Below, piece by piece: positions 26,016-38,717 of a DNA stretch of 64,000 nucleotides. Position 1 is the stretch's first letter. Each line of letters starts with the position of its first letter. The DNA lies in contig MU060042.1 of assembly GCA_013265495.1 (NCBI GenBank), positions 5,824,258 through 5,888,257 on the forward strand, in the 5' to 3' direction. The notes under the pieces were generated by a model, which worked only from the letters and a program-made list of their open reading frames with translations, was not told the origin of the DNA and searched no databases. Source of the stretch: Vicugna vicugna. Taxonomy: Eukaryota. The position numbers and the translations under genes were made by a program.

Positions 26016-26832
26016 GTAGTGGATTGAAAATAGGAAGGTGCTTTCTCACCACGGTTCGTGACACCAGCCCTAAACCAGGGCTCGCTCACAGCAGGTGTGC
26101 TGCAGTCGGCCAGGCGACACGCGAGCAAGCCTGCCTGCCGTCGCCTCTGCCACTTCACGTTGCCCGAAAGTTCCATCCGAGACACGTTTCAGGAAAAATC
26201 AGCACAGCTGTTAAGAGGAAGTAAAACCGCCTGCCCGTGATGAGGCTGCACCCCGAGTGCTCACAGACCCTCTGCAGAGCCACCGGGCCGCGCGGGACCT
26301 GAGCAGGCGGCCCTGGGGACAGCGAGAGTCGGCAGCTCCCTTCCACGGTGACGACAGCCTGTTGCCCTGAGGACCACACGTACCCCGTTCGCAGAGCCGC
26401 AGCAGTAAAGACACTTGCCGTGCACTTACGGGGAAGCTTGTCGTGTGATCAGTAGCAGCGAATGCTGGTCTCTTCCTGCTGGGACTCGAGCGCTGTTCTG
26501 CCTCACCTGCATTTTAATTACGAGCAAAGCAAGACAGAAAATGCAATTGTATCATAAAGTAAGGGCAAGGAAAGTTCTGTTTAGTTTTGTTTTTATGCCA
26601 GAACAGTTGTTCAGGTGATGGTCAACCCTGGCCACCCTGCAGAAACCATGTGATGCCTGGATTTCTCTGAAACCTGCTGAAGAATCTGTAGAATTAAAAA
26701 TCCCCTCCCAATTGATTATATTATTCCTAAATAATGGGTCTGTTTTTAGAACAGTTCATTTGTATTATAATTTTTTTCCTTAAAGTGTATGGTGTAGCAT
26801 ACGTTGTTTTCTAGGTTAAAGAATAGGTCCGG

Positions 26833-26960
26833 GGGGAGGGTACAGCCCAGTGGTAGAGCGCGTGCTTAGCACGCACAAGGTCCTGGGTTGGAATCCCAGT
26901 ACCGCCATTAAATAAATAAATAAACACTTAATTACCTCCCCCATGAACAAACAGACAAAA
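26833..26960 (+). mobile_element. tRNA-Ala-derived SINE (camelid vic-1-like)
   Basis: GGGGAGGGTACAGCCCAGTGGTAGAGCGCGTGCTTAGCACGCACAAGGTCCTGGGTTGGAATCCCAGTACCGCCA resembles tRNA-Ala(AGC). It is followed by (TAAA)n and an attacctcccc/A-rich tail. Box B is mutated. Confidence 0.85.
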
Positions 26961-27189
26961 ACCACACACAGAAAGGAGCAGGCCCACATTCTCACACTAG
27001 ACCCTCCTGTGAGCCACACTTTACCAGCACAGAGACCCTCGTGAGAGTGCCGGGCAGGAGCCCGCAGACCTGCTTCTGCAGACCTGGGTGTGCCCGCCCA
27101 CGGAGAAGGGGGTGCGTGTTTCTGTGCAGCAGTGATTTCAGGTCTTCCCGCGCGTGGGCCAGCTCTTTAACAGTCACCAAACATCTCAG

Positions 27190-28700
27190 TGGTCTTGTAT
27201 CTCTTAAAGAAATTTGGTTTGTAGCTAGAACCCTTCCCGCAAGAATCTCCAGGTCCAAGTGTCTTGAGTGGAGAATTCTACCAAACATCTAGGAGGAGTA
27301 ATACCAACTCTGCACAGACTCTTCCGAAGAATAAAAGGGGAAGAAGCACTTCGCAGCTCAGTTCGGGATGTTGATGCTAAACTGACGCCATAATCAGACC
27401 AAGGCATTACAAGAAAATTGCAAACCAAAATCACTTACGGACACAGGCACAAAAGTCTGTTTAAAAATAGAGGCAGATAAAACCCAACAAGGTACGGGGG
27501 CTGATCCCAGGGGCGCAGGCGCAGCTCGGCAGCTGTGGGCCCCCCAGCATTGTAATCACGAGCAAAGCAGGCCGACTGAAGGGGAAACCCACGGGTCATT
27601 TCAGCAGCTTGGGAGAGGGGGCGCCTGACCAACTCAACACTCACCCTTGACACAGTCTGTCAGTGAACTAGGAGTGAAAGAGAACATCTTCAGGAGCACC
27701 TGTGAAAACCCCACACTTAACGTGCTGCTTAGAGGAGACGTGGTCGGGCTCCTAGTGTTTAGAACGAGGCGAGACGTGCCCTCTGGCCACACCTGCTCAG
27801 TCTCACCCAGAGTTCCTGGCCAGAGCTGTGCGCTGAGGAAAGAGAAGTAAAAGGCATACAGTTCAGAAAGGAAGAAACAAAACTGTCTCTTTTTTAAATA
27901 GATGACATGATTGTCTCTGCAGAAAATCCCAAAGTCTCCATCAAAAAAACCCCACTAAAATTTACTAAGTAAATTTACCACGGCTGTGCGTTACGATAGC
28001 CATATACAGAAATTACTTGTATTTATATACACTAGCAAAGAACAGTTACAGATCGAAACTGTAAGACAGATCATTTATAAAGCGCCGAAAACCATGAAAT
28101 AATTAAGGACACGCTTAGCAAAATATGTGTATGATTTGTATGCTGTCAAGTGTAAGACAGTGAAGAAAAATCAAAGACGGTCTGTGTACGGGAAGTACCT
28201 TGTGTTCATGGGTTGGAAGACTTTCTGTTACCAAGACGTCAATTGGCTTTCTTATAAAGATGCCATGGAAATCCAAAACAGGAAGGATTATCCGTAAATC
28301 AACGGGGAACAACTGAACAGCCGTGTGTAGTACCACTCCCAGCCAGTAACACTCTCTCCCCATTACAGAATTAACTCAGACTTGTCATAGACCCACATGA
28401 AAAACTGAGAAGCATGGAATTTCTAGAAAAAACATAGAAGTCAGTCTTTGTAGGCTCCAGCTAGGCAGTAATTTTGTAGGACACAAACAGTACAAATTGT
28501 AAAAGAAAAAGTTGATAAATTGGACTTCAGGGTAAAAATCGTATGTTCCTCAAAAGACATTGTTAAGAAAATGAAGACAAAACACAGATGTGTAGGATAC
28601 GTTTGCAAAATTCACGTCTGATAAATGATTGTTAGCCAGCGTGTATAAAGAACTCCCCAAACCCAGGAATGGGACAGTAACCACCAGCTTAACCAGCAGC
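27190..28700 (+). mobile_element. Ancient L1 ORF2 fragments
   Basis: ccaggtccaagtgtcttgagtggagaattctaccaaacat; gatgacatgattgtctctgcagaaaatcccaaag; gataaattggacttc...aaagacattgttaagaaaatgaa. Confidence 0.7.
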
Positions 28701-31700
28701 AGCCGATGTGAGCAGCTGTGCCGCCCCAGCAGCTGTGAACACAGCCCGACCGGCCGGGATGCAGGGGGCCTTTCTGCTTCCCGCGGGCGCCTGGCACTTG
28801 ACGTGGAGAAATGACACTGGAAGTGCGCGTAGCTCCAGGGAGAGACCCAGAGCACGCTGGGCCAGCTCTTCGCCCCCGGGTCCTCCCCGGACCCAGGACG
28901 GCGCTCGCGCTCCAGCGCTGCTATGGTTGCAGGTGCACTCCTGTCTGACGCGTCCCGTTGGGCCTCCCGCGGCCACATCCCTCACACAAGACACTGAGTT
29001 CTCGCTGGTTCGAGGAGCGTCCTCAGTGCTGGTCCTGGGTGTAGAGCAGTGAACACGCAGACGTGGGGGCCTTGGGGCACAGGGGTGCTAAGGCTGCTGG
29101 CCTCGATGTGTGAGTGTGACGTGGGGGTGACCCGGGAGGAGCTGGCCCACGGAGGGGGCAGGAGGGCAGCGGGGGACGTGGGGTGGGGGCTGTGGCTTCG
29201 CCGGAGTAGACTGCTTCCCCGGATCCGTGTATGCGGGCTTCTAGGGAAGCACTTGGCTGGAGCGCCTGAACTCCTAGCCGTCTGCTCTGATCACTCGAAG
29301 AAGCGCGTCACACCTCGTGGCGATGCTGTTCGTGCTGCATTAGCAGGCGGCTTATGTGCTTTCAGAAAGTGTTTGCTTTCATTGCTGAAACATCTTTAGG
29401 AAGAAAATAGAGTCAAACTGTCAATACCTTAGAAATGTTCTTTCCTGTAATTTCTACACTTATTATCACTGGATGTAAGTTACTCCTAAGAGCCTTCGGA
29501 AAAGAGCACCACTAGTGTATTTATTTCAGTTGTACAGGGAGCAGGGTCCTGTGCTCTGCAACACGACGGCGGAGCTGGAAGCCGGGAGACCCTCCCGCTG
29601 GCGTGGGCGGCGGGGTGGGGGGTGCTGAGCCCGGGCAGGAGGCAGCGGCAGGTGCGCCGACGTTCCCCGGGTTCATGCCCGTCCTTCTGGGCTGTTTGTT
29701 TAAGGGCCTCTTCAGGAATGTTTCATTTTATATTCTCAGAATTCTGCCCAGCACTAAGCAGCCTGCGTTGCGCTATAAAGAAAGCGTCTGTCGCGTGAGG
29801 ACTTTGGATCCTCCTCTGGCGGACGTCGATGCTTACTCCCCAAAGTGATCGCTGACTAAAGACGGCTGGACGGGTGCCAGGCTTGGTGTCAGAACCAAAC
29901 TGACTTCCGTGTAAGCCGCTGCCTCACGTGGGCTGTGAAGTGAAGCATAGACTAGATAAGAGAGATGTGAGTCACCAAATATAGAAGGCGCACGTCCTGC
30001 CTGCGGCGGGGCACAGCCAGGTGACGGGGCGCTTGCCAGAAGAGACAATTCACAGGTCAGGCTGTGACAGTAACCTTTCACGGTGCAAGCCGAAAGTTAA
30101 CTTGGGTATCGGCCCATTTGCCGGTCACAGAGAAGTTGTGTGGGGAAAGCACGTGGATTTTCACTTTCATTTTGCGCTCACAGTGGGCTTGCAGAATTGT
30201 CGCTTGGCCCCCAGCTGTGCTCTCGCTGTGCCAGCGTCCGCGTGCGGTTTCTTGGAGCCGTCGTCGGAGCGCGGTGCTGGCGCCCGAATGCAGCGCTGCA
30301 GCCTCGCGGCGCGGTGGGCCCCGGCGTCCTGCAGCGTCCCGGGGAGGCACACCTGACAGCCAGCAGGCGCGGGCGGGTTCCAGCTCGAGCTCCTCAGTGA
30401 CTCACCGGGACGCTGAGCACACTTTTCAGGGTCCAGGGTTGTCCATGTCCCTCTAAGCCAGCAGCTCAACCCCCGGAGCAGAACAGTTGCTGCTGACAAA
30501 CCACCCAGGACTGGCGCACCCCCCACCCCGGTGCGGGGTAAGGACTCCGGCGGGGCCTGGCCTCCGTGTTGCAGGGAGACGCTGGCTGTTGCCTGGGCCT
30601 CATGGAGGAGTGGCCATGTCGGAGACGTGCGTGGAAAGGTGGCCGCTGTGGGCGCGCCATGTCTGGGTGGGACAGCCAGCCCAGCGAACGTCTCCTGGTG
30701 CTCGGCGGCCGGCAGAGGGGGTGCATTGGCTGTGACGTCCTCCTTTCCCTCTCCCGTGTTGGAGCCTCCCGTGTGCGAGCGCCCCGCCGCGGTCCGCACT
30801 GTGTGGGGAGAACGGCCCTCTTCCAGCCCTGCAGTGCCTCCAGGTCACCCGATTCTGTCACTGGGATCCTTCCCGGGGTAAGAGACGCCTCCTTTCTACA
30901 CGGCCTTACTTGGGTATTTCTAGAAAGCGGCAGGAGGTCCTGACCCAGCGAAAAGGCTGCTTCCTCGACTCTGCCAGGGCAGTGCCGGCAGCGCTCAGGG
31001 TCACCGCTTGGCCACTGCCTTCTTGGTCCAGGGTGGGGTTCTCACTCTGAGCTGGCCTGGCCCACATTGTCTCTGTGGGGCACCTGGTCTCGTTGGGGAG
31101 GCTCAGGGCTGGCAGGTGATGGACACGTACTCTGAGCCAGGTCAGCGCAGGGCTGGCCTCAGACACCGCTGCAGGTTCAGGGCCCCAAGACCTTTCCAGG
31201 TTTGACCCCCCCCCGCCCCAGGACGCAGGGAGCTCTGCACGGCTGCTGCGTGCAGTCAGGGTCATGATGGAAGTCAGCCAGTAGGGGAGATGCCTGTGCC
31301 AAGGTCCCCGAGACCATCGTGGCTTCCAGCTGTCGCTCCCCACGGGGGTGAGGACAGTGCCTGCTTCTCCCAGCAGACAGCCTGGAGGCCCACCGGACCC
31401 CCGCAGTCCCGGGCTTTCCGCCGGAGGTCGTTTGTGTGGACCCAACTGAAGCCCACGCGGCTGACCTCAGTCCCCAGCCCCGCGGGGGCTGAGCCCCTCC
31501 GGAAAGCGCAGCGTGCACAAAGACCCTGCGGCGCGGCCCGCACACCCCTAGTGCCCCTCCCGCGCTCCGAGGTCACCTCCTGGGCCTCTTCAGTGGGCAG
31601 GTCCTTCACTGTTTCCTGTCAGAACATGAAAATTGTGAGTAAAAAATTTCAGGACAGCAGTTCCTCATAGAACTTGACAAGCATTAAGCGTTTGATCTGT

Positions 31701-33573
31701 GGCTGTCTGTGTGATTCATTCTCTGGAAGGGAGCACAGCAGTCTCACTGGGACAGTCAGTCAGGACAGACAGAAGGAAAATCTGCCCATTTCATGTGTTT
31801 CCCACAAAACCGGGAGAAGCCTGGACGACGGTGCGGGCGGGAGCTCAGGTCCGTAAAGCTAAGGTCCAGCGTCTCTCAGCAGACGCAGCGCAGCTCGGCC
31901 CAGCACTAGGGGTACGAGGGGCCGAGCAGCCCAGGCTGGGCACCGGCTCAGGGCGTTTTCTTGTTTTATGTTTTGTCTTCTCTTTACGTTCCACATTCTA
32001 CGCTGTTGAGCACCGGAGTGTTCAAATTTGATCAGTGGTTTTAGCGCCAAGCAGGTCTCCCTGTTTAAGGACGCCTCTCAGTCTTTCAGTCCAGCTACAG
32101 GCAGAGGGGGTCGAGGAGAACCAGCAGGAGGAGCTCACGGGCAGCACTTCCTCCTGCGAGGGCAGCTCCTCCCAGCCGCCGCCGCTGCGTCGCTGAGCTG
32201 GGCCTCCCCAGCCCAGGTGCACGGCTGCCCCCGCGTGGCCCGCTGCTGGGCGCTGCCCCGCTCCGGGCCCTTGCGCTGGCCCTGCGGTGCTGCTCCTGGC
32301 AAGATGACACCATTCTGCAGTTGGCAGTCTTAACTTGTGATGTCTTGCTTCCTGAATCTACAAATCAGCTAGCTGTATGGTTTTATTCATTTGAATGAAA
32401 TTTATGTTTCTAGAAGAGAAATTGGGGCTGAGGAGAAACTTATACACCACGTGTGGCCTCAGAAGGCAGACTTGTGTGTCCAGTGACAGGCTGGTGGGGT
32501 GGACATGGGACGTGGGCTCAGAGGGTTCTGTTGGAGGACGGGGGAGGGGCCTTGTCCGTCCTTCCATCTGCTGCAGAGCAGCCGCCTGGATGGGACACCC
32601 TCCGAGGGGACCTGGGTCTGCAGAGGAGCAGGGCTCCCAGGAGTCTTGTCCGTGGTGGTCGACTTGGCTCCATCTGTCTCTGGGACTGGCTGTACCTCCC
32701 TGGGAAGTAGAAGGCAGCCCCCTCATGTCCTGTTTCCAGGCTCTGATAAGCAGCCCGGGTCGAGAGAGGTGGTGGGGGAGGCCGTGGGTCAGGAGAGCCC
32801 GGCCCAGCGGAGGGAGGGAGCCGGGGGAGCCGCAGGGCCCCTGCCTGCTCCTTACCTCATAGGAGGGGCCACGCATCCTGTTTCCATCGTGAATTTCTGG
32901 CAATGAGGTTTAAAAAAGCATTGAGTTTTTTTTTTTTTTCAGAAAATACTTGTTGACATAAAAAATACCTTTCATAAATTGTTAACTTTGAAAGTTATTT
33001 TCCACTGATGTCTTCACATTTCATGGTGATCACACGTAGGAGTCGCTTCTGTGTTTGAGTGCCTGCCGTACACCAGGGGGTTACTCGGGCCGTTTCCATT
33101 TGGAGCAGTTTGCAGGCACTCCTTCTCGGGAGCCTCAGCGCAGCAGCGAAGGCCGAGCTCCCGGCTCCCTACTGCTGGGTCGGCCTTGGACCCCAGGCCC
33201 CATCCCCGGTAGACATGGTCACCCTGGAGCTGACCACTCGCCTGTTCACTGCCAGTCGAGGTACACCAGGGATTCTGATTGCTCCCTCTCGCATGGTGTG
33301 CCCGGACCCAGCCCCACCCGCTCCAAGCCCCCAGCCTGGCAGGTGTGCTCCATGTAGATGTTAAGCCCTGGCTCTGAGCAGCTGGTCAACACAAACTGCC
33401 ACAGAGGTGTGATCACCGTGGTCTTTATCTCGAAAGCGAGGCCAAGGCACTCCGTCACGCTGCAAATGGCTTCCCCGCAGAGGTGGCACTAGACGCGGCC
33501 ACAGAGACAGTCAGGCCCTGGACGCAGCCGAGTTTGCCTCCTAGTAGCCTCACCTCTCGCTGGTCTCCCCCAG

Positions 33574-33735
33574 GTGGCCCTGGTGCAGTGGACGGAGAGC
33601 GTCGGCCTCACGCTGGTCAACAGGGACCTGACCTCCATGCAGCTGAGGACGCCCAGCGGCCAGGTCCTGACCTACTGCCTCCTCCAGACCTTCCCATTCA
33701 CCTCGGAGAGCAAGCGGATGGGGGTCATTGTCAGG
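33574..33735 (+). CDS. ATP9B: ATP9B coding exon (approx. 16): [18 protein letters not shown]...[15 protein letters not shown]
   Basis: Acceptor ccccag|gtg and donor gtcagg|gtaggc. 54 codons; [10 protein letters not shown] motif. Confidence 0.96.
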
Positions 33736-34441
33736 GTAGGCCTGGCCTGTTCCCAGCCGGCCCTCAGCCACGGTCACCGGGAGGACGCCGCACTGGGTCC
33801 CGGGGACTCACTTCAGTGCTTTACGCTTGTTGCGGGTTTTTTTAAAAAAAAAGTCCAGGCTGATCAATTTATGCTGGAAAGCCGGTGTGGCTCTGGCGGT
33901 AGTGACTTAAAACCACCCCCTGAGACTAAAGCGGAGAGCAGGTGGGGTTGTGTGCGAACTTTTGACATCGGCTCAGCCTGCTTTGTCTTGTTTCCCGCAG
34001 CAGTGACGTGCCACAGAGTTCAACTGAAGGATGATTTATGGCCATAAAGTTGCTAAAATATACCCCTATTAAATTTTTTTTAGCAAATGCCACAAGTACA
34101 TCTTGGCAGTTGGCTAAGTGAGGAAGCTTATTCAATCAAACCATGAAAATTTGAGAGAATTAATGTTTACCTTGCAGTCCAAGGCATCTAATCACTTACA
34201 AATTTTATTGCAAAAACCTCCGCACAGCGTCTCGAGATCTGTGGTTATGTTCGGTTATGTTCTTGGTTGTTGAGTGCCCGAGCATCCAGGGAGGACGTAG
34301 CCCTGCGTGGAAGGGCGTTTGGGGAGTGCGCCCCTCGGGGTTTGCTCGGAGAACTGCTTCTCCTGGCACGGTTCTGCTGGAGCAGCTGAAACCTGCCAGG
34401 AGCGGCGTGGCCTCTACCCTGTCTCCTCCGTCTGCTTGCAG

Positions 34442-34534
34442 GACGAGTCCACGGCCGAGATCACGTTCTATATGAAAGGTGCGGACACTGCCATGTCCAC
34501 CATTGTCCAGTACAACGACTGGCTGGAGGAGGAG
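34442..34534 (+). CDS. ATP9B: ATP9B coding exon (approx. 17): [31 protein letters not shown]
   Basis: Acceptor ttgcag|gac and donor gaggag|gtaaga. 31 codons; KGAD nucleotide-binding motif. Confidence 0.96.
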
Positions 34535-36275
34535 GTAAGAGCTGTCTGACGCGGGGGCCAAGGCAGGGACGCAGCACCTTGTTGGGTGTTGATGCTCCCT
34601 GGTGTCGCTGGGATAAACTGAGGCCCCGCTTGCCAGCCAGACACGACAGCTGTCAGAGACACATCATATGAGGTGATTTCAGTTCCTCTCGATTTTGAAA
34701 AGCAGAAAGGGTAGGAATGCCGTTACTCGGTCTACTTTCCATGTAAACATTCGGGGTTTTGTGTGAGTGCACATATATCAAGGTGGGTCCTTATGGAAAA
34801 TACTTTTTGTTAGTGAAAAAACGGCATTACTGGTCACTCACTAAAAAATTCTGAAATAATATTGCGTGCATAGTCCAGATTATGTTTTAATGTGGTATTT
34901 ATTTTATGACCTAAGTTATTTGCAGGGAGATTTTAATCTCACTCTGATTTGTGCGTAGGATTCACCTTAAACACAGAAGATAAGATGCAAGTGTAGCCGA
35001 TCCTGTATTTCCTTACGTTCTCCCGGAGCAAACGTAACACGTTCAGCTTCACGAGGTTATATTGTTCGTTGTTTACATTGATGTGTTAAGAAGAAGTTAG
35101 ATTTCAGAGTGAAACTAAATTACTGAAGTCACAAACAGCGCTCTTTACTTGTGTGCTGTTGATGGGCCTCGTGCCCCCCGGCCCCGAGACGGCCTGGCAG
35201 CCCAGCGGCCGCACCCCGCGTCCTCGGCGGTTATTGGCAATATGAGTCAATAGCTCCTTCAGGCGCTGGATTTAATCAGAGCCATGAATAAATTAAACTC
35301 CCTGAAGACCTAGTGACATGCCATAAAAATTACTTTTGGTCATAATGATGTGCAATTAATTATAAAATACTTGTTTAATTTATTTAGCTTTATGAGGTCA
35401 AATCGATAGATGTCTTGCAACAGACAGATGATGTCCGATTGTTTTTCACAAAGATAACTTTATTCAAAATCCTTTGTCCCTTTATTTCCAGCATTGTATT
35501 TTCTCCCGTAGATAAATCTGGCCCTCCACCCCTGTCTCTGTTGTAACATTGTTACCATCTGCAGGCCTTTCCCTCTGTTCCGAAGCCAGCAGGTTCTCAG
35601 GGCCTGCGTTCACAGGGGCTGCTCCATGTCAGGACAACGCCCACGTTGGATTCTTGGCTATAAACTTGTGTTCCCCAAGTACTAAAAGACTAACGCTAAC
35701 CCACACCTTCACCCATACAATGGAAAGGCCCAGCTTTGACCCATGTGCAGGGTCTGATGGCACCGTGTCCCGCAGGGGAGGTGCTGCGGGTTGGCCTCCT
35801 GCTCTCTGCCCCCCACCCCGACATGCTGTTTGTCGCGAAGGAAACAGGAAGTTAGAACGGGTGGGGCAGCCAGAAGGGGCACCGTGACCCCCTCCCCCCG
35901 GCGTGCCCTGGCTCCCCCGGGCCGAGCGCGTCTGAGGTGGGGCCCCACGAGCTGGGACCCCTGCCAGCCCCTCCTGCGGGTCACGGTCTGCGTGTTCATG
36001 GGTGGGTGGGCGGACACCAGCACTTGCAGTGCTGGCTTTCAGAAAGCCTGGTCTGAGGTGGAAGAGAAGTGTTATCTGGGGCTGGCACTGTGTGCCTTCA
36101 TGGCTAGTCCCCCTGCGTCCCCTCCCGAGTCAGGAAGAGCAGGGCCACTCCCACTGGGACTGGCCAGGGCGTGGGGATGAGAGAGGCCGCCTGCAGCAAG
36201 GGGCGGACGCAGCCTTGGGGCCTTGTCACGGTCGCAGTGGGCTGGGCTGTGTGCGACCTGCATCTCCTCCTGCAG

Positions 36276-36359
36276 TGTGGGAACATGGCCCGCGAAGGCC
36301 TGCGCACCCTCGTGGTGGCCAAGAAGGCGCTGACGGAGGAGCAGTACCAGGACTTCGAG
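36276..36359 (+). CDS. ATP9B: ATP9B coding exon (approx. 18): [28 protein letters not shown]
   Basis: Acceptor cctgcag|tgt and donor ttcgag|gtgagc. 28 codons; EGLRTL motif. Confidence 0.96.
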
Positions 36360-36550
36360 GTGAGCCCGTTCCTCCTCCCCCGAGGTCGCCTGCCCGTAGG
36401 AGGCCTGGCGTCCCTGTCTCGAGAGCTCGGACCGCCCGTGCGGCCACAGCCTCCTTCCTTGGGGAAGGGGCACCAGCGAGGCACAAAGTGTACATTCCTC
36501 CAGGGTGGGCGGACCCTGTGCGGCCGACAGCAGGGCCCGTCCATCCACAG

Positions 36551-36721
36551 AGTCGATACAACCAGGCCAGGCTGAGCCTGCACGACAGGGCGCTCAAGGT
36601 GGCCGCGGTGGTGGAGAGCCTGGAGCGCGAGATGGAGCTGCTGTGCCTGACAGGGGTGGAGGACCAGCTGCAGGCGGGCGTGCGGCCCACCCTGGAGATG
36701 CTGCGGAACGCCGGCATCAAG
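36551..36721 (+). CDS. ATP9B: ATP9B coding exon (approx. 19): [13 protein letters not shown]...[23 protein letters not shown]
   Basis: Acceptor ccacag|agt and donor atcaag|gtaatg. 57 codons; hinge motif GVEDQLQ. Confidence 0.96.
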
Positions 36722-38717
36722 GTAATGATCCAGGCCGGCCTCCACTCCCCAAAGGGCATCCTGTGCCATCAGACGAGGCTACAGGTGTGGGGGCTCCTTG
36801 AGCAGAGGTTGCTGCCTGCTCCCATACCTGCCCTTGCAGAACCCCGAGCCCCTCCCACTGTCCCTCAGACACAGCGGTCCCTCGGGCGCTCCACCCTGCC
36901 CCTTACTGGCCGCCTCCCATCTCCTGGGCAAGTCCGGCTCCTCTGCTGCCCTCCCAGTGGCCCGTCCTCAAGCCGGCCTCCCAGCTCAGCTTCTCCCCAC
37001 AGCAGCCTCCTCGTCCTTGGAGCCTCCATCCCAGTGCCTCCATGAGCGAGGGCGTGAGTGTGTGGGTCTGGCATGGCCACCGGTCCCCTCCCTGAGGATG
37101 CTCCACGTTCACCCTGCAGAACTTTCTGTCTGGCAGAACCAGGTGTTAAGGCGAGGTCACACAGAGACCACTGCACCCACTCACTTTATCGATGTTTGGT
37201 GGTTTTCCCCGTAAACTGCACGAGGCCCGTGCCCCCGCCTGCTGCTCGCTGTCCTGTGGTCCTCTCCTGACGGTGGGGACCAGCGCGGGTGCCGCGGGTC
37301 CGTTTTCAGGGAGCTACTGTCCTGCCTTACGTGCTCCCATGGAAGCTGAGAGGTCCATTACTTAGGGAAAGGTGAGAAAACTAATTTTAGTGCTGCCTCG
37401 AGCACCGGCCCTCCTCTTTGAGATGGAGAAGAGGACTGCAGGCTGGTTACTGGTACCGGCTGGACCGGAGAGGCGGCACTGGGCCGGCGTCAAGTCAAAC
37501 TGCACCCAGTCCCAATGCAGACAGTGCCGTGCCAGGAAGGGTGTGGGCAGCAGGGACCCCGAGACTGTCCTCCAGCTCAGGGGGCCCCGGCGGGGTGTCG
37601 GGGTGACCTCTGGTTTCTGCTTTACCGTTTGGCTGGGAGTTCAAATCAGAGCCGCTCAGACTCAGAACACTTGAACGATCTCAGCCTGACTGACTGTACA
37701 GCCAGAAAGTGATTAATTAGAGGCAGGCAACCTGCTCATTTTCCTGCAGTTTTTCATCAGCTTCCAGTCTCCTAGGTCTTGCCTGTCAGCATGGCCGAGT
37801 GGTAAAGGTTTCTTGTGTGAAGATTTGGGAATCTATTGACTGCTAAACTCGAGGACTTTCTGGAGTTGCGCTCTTTTTCCTGTACCTTTTCTGTGAAGAA
37901 ACAGACTCCTTCATCTCATCGTAGTGCAGGGATTTCAGACAGTCCTCTGACACTTATGTGTGGCGCCCCGGCCAGATCACACTGTTCCTGAGTCACACCC
38001 GATTCGTCAGCAGCCGGAGTTCTTGTCCTCTGTGTTGACTGCTCCCAACTGTGTTGTTGTGATGTGTCAGAATCTTAGCTCCAGGCCAGTGGAGTGAGTG
38101 TAAATGCCAAATAAATACAAAACACAAATCCTCAGACTCTGAAGGAGCCACAGCAGATGGTCAGTGTACCACGTCAGGCTTCTGTTTCCTGTTTCCAAAA
38201 ATGCACGTTTACGTAAGACGTCTGAATGATCTGGCTGATAGTGAGACATTACTGAGCGTTTCCTGCTGATACGTGAAGTGCAGATAAACCGTCCCACTGT
38301 GTATTAAACGTCCGGATTCTGCTCTCTTTGGGGCCTAGGCAAGCTTATATACGTAATACGTGCACGTGTGTGCTTTTTTAAAGTAACGTGGCGTTACTTG
38401 CATGACTTATTTGCTGCAAACGGCTTTCGGCTTAACCATTGCCCACTTACCCATTTTAAGCCTCACTTTTCAACTGAAAATTCGCAAGTCAGAGCCAGGA
38501 TCTCAGGCTCCTCCCAGCTCTGCGAGCCCAGCCCTGCGGCCCTTCCAGCCCGCTTGCTTGGCCTGCAGGGCCGAGCACACGCCACCTTTTGACGTGCACA
38601 GGTGTCCTCGCTGGCTCAGCCGTGAGGCTCCTAGACCCCAGCCTTCCAGGCCTCAGCTGCCTCCACACCTCACTTTGCTCTCTCGTGTGTGTCAGTTAAG
38701 CAAGTTGGCGGGGCCGT

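Noticed and set aside
26833-26907. Possible tRNA-Ala(AGC) gene
   Set aside because: Box B is mutated (GGTTGGAATCCC), the anticodon stem is mismatched, and there is an A-rich SINE tail and two sister copies. It is a SINE, not a tRNA gene.
36002-37045. 347-aa ORF
   Set aside because: It contains ATP9B exon 36551-36721 in frame; the rest is low-complexity Pro/Arg/Gly read-through of GC-rich intron.
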